32,000 bases of DNA from Candidatus Scalindua sp. (GTDB lineage: Bacteria; Planctomycetota; Brocadiia; Brocadiales; Scalinduaceae), in assembly GCA_031316235.1 (NCBI GenBank), contig JALDRA010000001.1:2670001-2702000 (forward strand). Reading direction: 5' to 3'. The notes beneath the pieces are model-generated. The model searched no databases. It worked only from the letters and a program-made list of their open reading frames with translations, and was not told where the DNA came from. This document shows, piece after piece, positions 10,193-17,040 of this stretch. Both the position numbers and the translations under genes were made by a program. Position 1 is the stretch's first letter. Every line of letters begins with the position of its first letter.

Positions 10193-10288
10193 TTCATAAA
10201 GATACCTCGGGGCAGGAAATGAATCATATCGAAAGGCAGCAGTCACGGAAAACCAATTTTATCGAAACAAATAAGAAGCCCTGCAATA

Positions 10289-11215
10289 ATGAAAAGTTTA
10301 CTTAAGCATCATTACGCTACTGTAATAGATGGTATAAAGATACGTTTGGCACCATTGCAACCTTTCCGTGCGAAGATTCAGAAAACAGTCTCTCTCTGTT
10401 TGTTGAGACTTGTAATTGTGATGGTAATGGTTATGATTGTTCTGTGGTTGGTGAAATCAACATGGTTCTATTTCACAAATCAATGGATTTTTTTTGTGAG
10501 TCCTGCAACCTTTACGTTTAATTCACCAAACTGGGTGACTGACAGCTTGATTGAGAAGATGAGAAATATTGAAGGGTTGGAAACCAGGTACAATATATTT
10601 GAAAAGGATCTGACAAAAAAGATTGGAGAAGTGTATGGGGAATCACCGCTCATCTCCCAGGTTTTTTCTATTAAAAGAAGATTGCCAAATACGATAGAGA
10701 TAAGACTGGAGCTGCGCAGACCGATCGCTGTCGTTAAAAGTAAATCCAGGGAATATTTAATTGATAGAGACGGCGTAAGGCTTCTTGATAATCTCTATAA
10801 GTATCCTGAAAAGGAAGGGCGACCAATTTATATAAGGGACAACAGGCGGTTGCGAGTTCCGGAATACGGGGAAGAATGGGAAATGAATTCTGTCAGGGTA
10901 GGGTTAAATCTTTTGAACTATCTGAGACACAATAAGATAGATACACTTTTAAAGATTGCAACCATTGATGTGTCTCATGTTGTTGAGAAAATAAGCAACA
11001 GGGGGCGGAGCAATATCATCTTATGGACAGAAAAAGGAACTATGATAAAATGGGGAAGCCCTCCATCATCCAGGCAATTAATGGAACTTTCAAATTACGA
11101 GAAGCTGCAGAACTTACTCAGTGTTGCAAATGAAGAGGGTACCGATCTGTCAAATCTTGAGTATGTAGACGTGAGATGGAAAACTCCGGTTGGCAAAAGG
11201 ATCGATATTCAATAA
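10289..11215 (+). CDS. ftsQ: Cell-division protein FtsQ-like (N-terminal cytoplasmic tail, one TM helix, POTRA domain)
   Basis: Hydrophobic segment LCLLRLVIVMVMVMIVLWLV, followed by a POTRA-like region (ISQVFSIKRRLPNTIEIRLELRRPIAVVKS..YLIDRDGV). Canonical position after ddl. Confidence 0.75.
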   Translation: MKSLLKHHYATVIDGIKIRLAPLQPFRAKIQKTVSLCLLRLVIVMVMVMIVLWLVKSTWFYFTNQWIFFVSPATFTFNSPNWVTDSLIEKMRNIEGLETRYNIFEKDLTKKIGEVYGESPLISQVFSIKRRLPNTIEIRLELRRPIAVVKSKSREYLIDRDGVRLLDNLYKYPEKEGRPIYIRDNRRLRVPEYGEEWEMNSVRVGLNLLNYLRHNKIDTLLKIATIDVSHVVEKISNRGRSNIILWTEKGTMIKWGSPPSSRQLMELSNYEKLQNLLSVANEEGTDLSNLEYVDVRWKTPVGKRIDIQ

Positions 11216-11500
11216 GCGCCATTTCTGTTGTATCCGCAAATTTTACTGCCTCTTTTTCACATCTTCTGACCTCACGGAGTTCTTTACCGCTTAATCCCTG
11301 TAAAAAGCCATCGATCGTTCCCGGGCACCACTTGTCTACTGTTTTCCGATGAGGTGTAGCACATTTAGTATGGGAGAGCAAAAAAAAAATTCAGGGGCCA
11401 TTATGACGTAACTTATGGAATTAAAAATCTTTGCGATCATAAATGTTGTGTTTAAATGGAGGAAGAGTACAATATTTTGTATATTTGACGATAAAAATAC

Positions 11501-11528
11501 TTGACATTCTGTAGGTAATTTGTATAGT
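11501..11528 (+). promoter_or_regulatory. Sigma70-like promoter candidate (TTGACA-16 nt-TATAGT)
   Basis: TTGACA at 11501-11506 and TATAGT at 11523-11528, in a 470-nt AT-rich spacer. Would give a leader of about 150 nt before ATG 11690. Confidence 0.45.
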
Positions 11529-11689
11529 ACTGCCTGTTATGCCTTACTTCTTTAGTCTCATTTTCGGTATATCGTTTATCTCGATTAAGTATTCTAGGAA
11601 AGGAGGTGTGATAGGGGGCTTTTATTAATCTTTTTACCTGTTTAAAGAATATATTTGTCGGTGCTATTTTATTTGAAAGGGAGGTTTTG

Positions 11690-12157
11690 ATGGTAGCAGT
11701 ATCAACTTTAAGGGAAAAAACAGATGTATGTGACGCAGTAGAGAGAAGTGTTTCGATTTTTATAGAGGCGGTGGAACTGTCTTCTGAACTGGAAATAATA
11801 GGTACCTCATTTCCGGAAAATGCGGATGGCAGCCGGGGAGAGGAAGTCTTTGTGATGAGGGATTATACAAAGGCTGAAGGTGTTGATGGTGCGTATGTTG
11901 AGGTGTCGATCGCTGAAGTTGTGGAAAAGGTTACCGATTTTGACAGGGCACAGGAACTTTTGAGGGTTATCAGTAATGATAGATCTTCGATTGTTCTTAA
12001 TGGGATTACAAGAATTGTAGGGTACTATTCAAGAGTAAATAACTGGAATAAGTCAAAGGTAGGGGAATTGAGAGATAGATCAAGCGGAAGTTACGGTCTT
12101 ACGAGAGAAAAACCTTGCTTTCAGGAAGAACGGTTAAAAATGATAGACTCTTTGTGA
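11690..12157 (+). CDS. Stand-alone NrdD-C-terminus-like (glycyl-radical-type) protein, 155 aa
   Basis: C-terminal ITRIVGYYSRVNNWNKSKVGELRDR matches the pattern I know from class III RNR tails (R-[IV]-x-G-Y ... [WF]-N-x-[GS]-K-x-x-E-x-x-[DR]-R). The preceding GAYVEVSIAE...LLRVISNDRSSIVLN resembles the last NrdD barrel strands. The Cys4 Zn-ribbon that normally sits between them is absent. SD AAGGGAGG at 11677-11684 lies 5 nt before the ATG, and a terminator follows the stop. Confidence 0.6.
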   Translation: MVAVSTLREKTDVCDAVERSVSIFIEAVELSSELEIIGTSFPENADGSRGEEVFVMRDYTKAEGVDGAYVEVSIAEVVEKVTDFDRAQELLRVISNDRSSIVLNGITRIVGYYSRVNNWNKSKVGELRDRSSGSYGLTREKPCFQEERLKMIDSL

Positions 12158-12220
12158 CGTGAAGGGTCGGGGGTTGTTTAATACGTGAGAGGGGACGCTC
12201 TCTTATGCCAATAGTCGGGA

Positions 12221-12255
12221 AAGGCTTATAAGGTAAATCCTTATAGGCCTTTTTT
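12221..12255 (+). terminator. Rho-independent terminator after the NrdD-tail-like gene
   Basis: 13-bp stem (AAGGCTTATAAGG / CCTTATAGGCCTT, one G-U pair), 5-nt loop TAAAT, then a run of six T (12250-12255). Confidence 0.75.
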
Positions 12256-12441
12256 GTTGATCATTTACTCTCTCTTCATTGATGTGCTGTTTTTTTATCG
12301 GGAGATTACTGGAGGAAGGGTTTTTACCTGTTGCGGAAGCAATTATACCAGACAAAGCAGGAAACTATACCTTGACTATAAAGTATAACTTTGTTACGAT
12401 CGACAGTTCGGCTGCTCTCTACAATGTTTTTGTTTACCATA

Positions 12442-12461
12442 GCAGTTTTGAGCAAAACTGC
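12442..12461. promoter_or_regulatory. Perfect 8+8 palindrome GCAGTTTT-GAGC-AAAACTGC (possible operator)
   Basis: Read directly. Centred about 47 nt upstream of ATG 12499. A TTGACT-17 nt-TACGAT promoter-like pair lies about 50 nt further upstream. Confidence 0.4.
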
Positions 12462-12498
12462 ATTATAAGTTACTACAATACTAGGGGAAAAGGGCAAA

Positions 12499-14394
12499 AT
12501 GTTAACTCTTGGGATAGATATAGGTTCATTGTCAACAGATGCTGTTTTATTGAATGATAAAAAAGAAATTGTATCGTATGAAGTAATTGCTACAGGTGCC
12601 AGCAGTAAGAAGGCATGTGATAAGATATACAATCAAATCTTGAAGGTGACAAATCTGGATGCCAAGGATATTGATTATGTAGTTGCAACTGGATACGGGA
12701 GAATCAAAGTTCCCTTTGCGGATGAGGTTGTGACTGAAATTACCTGCCATGCAAGAGGGGCAAATTACTGTTTTCCAAGCGCGAGAACGGTCATAGACAT
12801 CGGAGGGCAGGATAGTAAGGCTATTAAACTTGATGCGAAAGGTAATGTACTTGATTTTTCCATGAATGATAAATGCGCAGCTGGGACCGGAAGGTTTTTG
12901 GAAGTCATGGCCAGGACGTTGGAGATAGACCTGGATGATATGGGAGAGCTCTCACTTAAAGGAACCGACAGTGTCTCTATCAGCAGCCTGTGCACTGTTT
13001 TTGCTGAATCTGAAGTTGTCTCTTTAATAGGCGCTGATCATAAAACGGAAAACATATGCAAGGGGCTGCATGTTTCCATAGCCAAAAGAGTCTCTGCGCA
13101 AGCGAAAAGAGTTGGTTTGGAAGAAGATGTGATCATGACAGGAGGTGTTGCTAAAAACATAGGAGTCGTACGTGAGCTGGAGAAAAAACTTTCCTGTTCT
13201 ATCAAAATACCTGACGAACCACAGATAGCCGGTGCCTTGGGAGCGGCACTCATAGCTTTGGAGAATGCCCTTTCCCGAAAAAAAGCAGACAAGGTTGTTG
13301 AAAAGGAAAAAGTTTCAATTGCAGATGTGAAGCTTGATGATGATGAGAGGCCTAAAATCGGTTATTTCTGCACCTATACGCCAGTCGAAATAATCAGGGC
13401 AGCGGGGTTCCATCCAGTCAGGATAAAGGGTGAAGAGGGGGACAATTCCTCAAATGACGAATTGCTTTGCAACAATATCTGTTCATATATAAAGACGGTT
13501 GCGGACAGAAAGGTGTCCGGAACCCTGGATCAACTTGAAGGGGTGGTATTTACCAACTCCTGCGACGGTATGCGTAGACTGTACGATGCTTGGGTGAGAA
13601 TAGACAATGGCAGTAAGTTCAACTATATTCTGGATATACCTAAAAACAGTGATGACGCTTCAGTGCTCTATTTTGCGGATTTAATAAAGACATTTAAAGA
13701 GCGGCTTGAAAGTTTTTATAAACTGAAAATAGATATTGAGGACATTAATAAGAGTATTTCCCTGTACAATGAGGTGAGAGACAAGGTAGCGTTATTTCTT
13801 CAAAAACAATGGGAGGGTTACGTCGGATACTCTGGTTATGAAATTTACAGCTTGTTAAAGAAGGGCATAAATGCAGTGCCTGAAAGATTTAATGATTACG
13901 TGGGTTCTCTGACCTCCCTCATGAAACAGATAGGGGATGTTCCCGAGAATAAATCTCAGCCAAAACTCTTGATATGGGGAAGTATATTAGAAAATGAAGA
14001 TATAATAAAGATAATTGAGGATGCAGGTGCCCGGGTTGTTTTAGATGATTTGTGTACGGGAAGCAGGTTTTTTGATAAAAAAGTCGAGATAACGGGTAAC
14101 CCCTACCAATCGATATCGGAGAGGTATTTGAGGAAATCACCATGTTCCAGGATGGTTAACGTTTTTGAGAGAATTAGAAATACCATCTCTCTCATAGAAA
14201 AAAGAGCGATCCATGGTGCAGTTTATCACACCCTGAAATTTTGTGATCACACGCTATATGATTATCCCTTGGTAAAGCAGGAGTTCACAAAGAACAATAT
14301 CCCTCTTCTTCATATAAACTGTGATAATAGTTCGAAAAGTGAAGGTCAAGTCAAGACCAGGATAGAAGCGTTTATTGAACAGCTTACTACCTGA
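12499..14394 (+). CDS. Fusion protein: HgdC/BcrAD-BadFG-type ATPase activator domain (aa 1-255) plus 2-hydroxyacyl-CoA dehydratase / benzoyl-CoA reductase BcrBC-family (HGD-D) domain (aa ~285-631)
   Basis: N-terminus: GIDIGSLSTD, ATGYGR, VIDIGGQDSKAI, NDKCAAGTGRFLE, CTVFAESEV, TGGVAKN, GALGAA. The two conserved Cys fall at positions 126 and 165, matching the cluster-bridging Cys spacing of HgdC. C-terminus: KIGYFCTYTPVEIIRAAGFHPVRI, FTNSCDGMRR, DDLCTGSRF, HTLKFCDH and a ...KTRIEAFIEQL ending typical of HGD-D proteins. Confidence 0.85.
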   Translation: MLTLGIDIGSLSTDAVLLNDKKEIVSYEVIATGASSKKACDKIYNQILKVTNLDAKDIDYVVATGYGRIKVPFADEVVTEITCHARGANYCFPSARTVIDIGGQDSKAIKLDAKGNVLDFSMNDKCAAGTGRFLEVMARTLEIDLDDMGELSLKGTDSVSISSLCTVFAESEVVSLIGADHKTENICKGLHVSIAKRVSAQAKRVGLEEDVIMTGGVAKNIGVVRELEKKLSCSIKIPDEPQIAGALGAALIALENALSRKKADKVVEKEKVSIADVKLDDDERPKIGYFCTYTPVEIIRAAGFHPVRIKGEEGDNSSNDELLCNNICSYIKTVADRKVSGTLDQLEGVVFTNSCDGMRRLYDAWVRIDNGSKFNYILDIPKNSDDASVLYFADLIKTFKERLESFYKLKIDIEDINKSISLYNEVRDKVALFLQKQWEGYVGYSGYEIYSLLKKGINAVPERFNDYVGSLTSLMKQIGDVPENKSQPKLLIWGSILENEDIIKIIEDAGARVVLDDLCTGSRFFDKKVEITGNPYQSISERYLRKSPCSRMVNVFERIRNTISLIEKRAIHGAVYHTLKFCDHTLYDYPLVKQEFTKNNIPLLHINCDNSSKSEGQVKTRIEAFIEQLTT

Positions 14395-14584
14395 TCAGAG
14401 AATGCTTCGCGTACTTTGCGGCCGAGCAAAGGGTACGGTCCTGCAAGGTGAGACCAGCAATCCTCCTGGGTGCAGTGTATCCAGCCGTTTCGATGTTTTG
14501 CTCTGTTGGCTTCACTCCCCTGATTCCTCAATTCCAGAAACTTGAAACATGACAGTATTTTATTAATGACACAATAACAAAGCT

Positions 14585-15862
14585 ATGCTGAGTATAAAGA
14601 AATCAAAGGACAATTTAACTCGAAAACTCGCTCCCTTTTTTTTAAAAGAGCTCCTGAGAATTCTCACTATTTATTCGAAGATAACCCTCAAGGGGCTTGA
14701 TAATAACCACATCGATGCCTTTAAATACCTGTCTAAATATGTAATTGAACACCATTTTCATGCATACAAATACGGTTCTATCTGGACAACCCTCTTTGTC
14801 CCCTCGGAAATTCTTTTTGCTATGAAATTGCCCAACTTTTCATTGGAGATAGCAGCAGCTCTGTGCGCAAGGTATGGAAAAAGTGCGCAGGGGTTTGCAG
14901 AAGCAGATCTGTTTGCGATTCCGACTGACGTCTGTTCATTTCATAGGGCTGGAATAGGTCACGCCTTTACAGGGTTTTACCCTCAACCAAAGTTCCTTGT
15001 CGGGACAACTACTATCTGTGACAGTAACTTGAAAACAATTAAGATCTGTGAATCTGAAACAGGAAAAGAGAGCCTTATTATAGACGTTCCCTATGAAATG
15101 AGTGATTACTCTGTCAAATATCTGGCAGATCAATTAAGAAATCTGACTAAATGTTTAGAAAAAGTTTCCGGGAAAACGATGGAGAAAGATTCTCTCAGAA
15201 GGGCGATTGATCTATCCAATCAGGCGAGGGAAAAAATGATAGAAATAAATCGGGTGAGAGAGGATCCTTTATCTCCCCTCATGGGACAGGACTCCCTTGG
15301 ATTAATGCTGCCAAGCCACCTTTTAATTGGTTCAACGTATGCGGTAGATTTCTATTCAAAACTGCTGGAAGAGCTGAAGGAGAAGATCGCAGCTAAAAAA
15401 AGAGAAGGTGTGAAGGAAGAAGAGAAGATTAAGATTCTCTGGCTTGAACTCAAGCCCTATTTCTGTTCAGATATCTTTGATAAGATTGAAAGTGCACGAA
15501 ATGTTAAAATCGTCTTCGAGGAGATAAATCATGTGTACTGGGAGAAATTAGATCCTGATAAACCTTATGAAAGCATTGCCCGCAAGTTGATTTCAAATCA
15601 CAACAATGGGCCGTTAGAAAGAAGATTGGATGTGATAAAGATGTTATCGAAAAATTATCATATAGATGGTATAATTGCTTTTTCCACATGGGGTTGTAGA
15701 AGAAACAATGCCGCAATACCTACCATAAAAAAGGAGATGAACAGGGAGGGGTATCCACTCTTAAATCTTGATGGAGACTGTGTTGACGACAGTAATTATA
15801 TGTCTGGGCAGATTGCAACAAGGATTGAAGGTTTTCTTGAAATGCTGGGAGTCAGAAAATGA
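14585..15862 (+). CDS. 2-hydroxyacyl-CoA dehydratase-family (HGD-D, HgdA/BcrC-like) subunit
   Basis: IWTTLFVPSEILFAM, TDVCSFHRAG, TTTICDSNLK, IIAFSTWGCRRNN, LLNLDGDCVD and an ...ATRIEGFLEML ending. Same strand as the fusion gene, 190 nt downstream. No obvious SD before ATG 14585. Confidence 0.8.
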   Translation: MLSIKKSKDNLTRKLAPFFLKELLRILTIYSKITLKGLDNNHIDAFKYLSKYVIEHHFHAYKYGSIWTTLFVPSEILFAMKLPNFSLEIAAALCARYGKSAQGFAEADLFAIPTDVCSFHRAGIGHAFTGFYPQPKFLVGTTTICDSNLKTIKICESETGKESLIIDVPYEMSDYSVKYLADQLRNLTKCLEKVSGKTMEKDSLRRAIDLSNQAREKMIEINRVREDPLSPLMGQDSLGLMLPSHLLIGSTYAVDFYSKLLEELKEKIAAKKREGVKEEEKIKILWLELKPYFCSDIFDKIESARNVKIVFEEINHVYWEKLDPDKPYESIARKLISNHNNGPLERRLDVIKMLSKNYHIDGIIAFSTWGCRRNNAAIPTIKKEMNREGYPLLNLDGDCVDDSNYMSGQIATRIEGFLEMLGVRK

Positions 15863-15989
15863 ACGGAAAAAGCAGGAAATTGACTACCTGGAGGCTTATA
15901 GGTTATACCTTCTGCATGAGGCCCGTTTCTTCATAATTCTTCTTCATGATCGTCTTCCCCGTGTGATAAGGGCCCTTTTTAGGTATCGG

Positions 15990-16610
15990 TCAGGGATCTT
16001 TAGTCGCTGATTCGATTCCTTGATTTGCGAGTTTATCAGCCTGTCGGTTCTCCTCTCTGGGGATATGCTCTATCTTCCACTTTGGCAGTTTTTTCAGAAG
16101 ACCCTGCGCATCGGTAAAGAGATACATGAGATGAGGATTCTTGACTCGGTATTCCCCTTTTATTTGCTTCACTAAAAGCTCACTGTCTGATTTAAACAGG
16201 GTTTCCTTCGGATTAAATTTTAGTGCCTCTTTAATGCCAAGTATAAAGGCCTTGTATTCTGATACATTATTTGTTGCGAGTCCAATATATTCACAGATCT
16301 CCTTTATCAATTTTGAGTCTTTATCAAATATGGCAACTCCGACACCTGATTTACCAGGATTGCCCCTTGAGGCACCGTCAATATTTATGACAAGAGTTTC
16401 AAATTTCTTTACGGGAGAACGAACAACACCTGGATCAATACGTTTTAAGGCAGGAGCTTCAATCTCTTTTGCATGATTTGCAAGATCATGAAAAAGGGCG
16501 TCGATTCTTTTCTTTGTTACCGTTTTATCCAGCTTTTTCAGCTCTTTAATATTAATGTTTTTATGTATCAACGTTAATAGCTCTTCATCTTTGATGAGGG
16601 TTTTTTTCAA
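15990..16610 (-). CDS. Type 1 RNase H-like protein (RNase HI / RVT_3-type domain) with an N-terminal extension of about 75 aa
   Basis: INIDGASRGNPGKSGVGV, NNVSEYKA, SDSELLVKQI and REENRQADKLAN carry the D-E-D-D catalytic pattern of RNase H. TTG start at 16610 is preceded by AGGAG with a 9-nt spacer. There is no in-frame ATG before the catalytic domain. Confidence 0.75.
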   Translation of the reverse strand: MKKTLIKDEELLTLIHKNINIKELKKLDKTVTKKRIDALFHDLANHAKEIEAPALKRIDPGVVRSPVKKFETLVINIDGASRGNPGKSGVGVAIFDKDSKLIKEICEYIGLATNNVSEYKAFILGIKEALKFNPKETLFKSDSELLVKQIKGEYRVKNPHLMYLFTDAQGLLKKLPKWKIEHIPREENRQADKLANQGIESATKDP

Positions 16611-17040
16611 TTTTTCTGACTCCTGCTAGATTTTTTAAATGAAACTTCCAGTATCCATTCATGTAAAGATGCAAATGTCGTCAACCACACGGTGTGGATA
16701 GCCAAATAAGTGGCACGTGATGCGCCATAATAGTATTTTCTTTGATTTGACAATAAAGCCATCAACCATTAGAATTGCATTCCCGTTGCAGTATGATGCT
16801 TCTCATGGCATGTGAGATGAACGTTATAATTTAATAACCGTTTATTCAGCGCCTGAACGGAAACCTGTGGCTGAACAGAAAGTGTCCGGATACAATGCTT
16901 GTAATCATCTGGTAACCTGAATGTAATAATGTACGTGAGTATCGCGGAATTATCAGGGCAACCAGCAGGCGGATAGTTTTCGCTCAACCACTATACAGTC
17001 TTTGAACAGGCCATTATTCAAAGGGTAACATCCAATAATT

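Noticed and set aside
10219-10305. 28-codon ORF (MNHIERQQSRKTNFIETNKKPCNNEKFT) upstream of and overlapping the ftsQ start. Considered as a frameshifted FtsQ N-terminus.
   Set aside because: The FtsQ ORF from ATG 10289 already has a normal cytoplasmic tail plus TM helix. The AGGA before ATG 10219 is only 1 nt away. There is no evidence for a frameshift.
11118-11381. 87-aa minus-strand ORF convergent with and overlapping the 3' end of ftsQ.
   Set aside because: It overlaps ftsQ by about 100 nt, starts next to a poly-A run without an SD, and has no recognisable motif.
12279-12557. 92-aa plus-strand ORF in the spacer before the activator-fusion gene.
   Set aside because: It has no SD, overlaps the well-supported start at 12499 by 59 nt in another frame, and has an AT-rich, Cys/Phe/Ile/Asn-rich composition typical of a chance ORF. 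It cannot be excluded as a small protein.
14395-14584. Possible cobalamin-type riboswitch, suggested by GGTGAGACCAGCAATCC vaguely recalling the GGTGAAAATCC core.
   Set aside because: There is no B12-box-like element and no convincing multi-helix architecture. The resemblance is limited to a few bases.
15768-16010. 80-aa ORF spanning the end of the HGD-like gene and the RNase H stop, plus the AAGGGCCCTT palindrome (15968-15977) considered as a bidirectional terminator.
   Set aside because: The ORF overlaps two real genes. The palindrome has no loop and no adequate flanking stem, so it is not a credible intrinsic terminator.
16769-16987. 72-aa minus-strand ORF in the 430-nt divergent spacer. 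TYIITFRLPDD and NVHLTCH loosely recall the YxxTFR and HUH regions of IS200/RAYT (Y1) transposases, which would have tied in with the palindromic repeats at 22000 and 23455.
   Set aside because: The His-hydrophobic-His motif is not intact and the ORF is less than half the length of a Y1 transposase. It starts at TTG without an SD, and I cannot verify homology by eye. At best it is a decayed remnant, so it is not reported as a feature.
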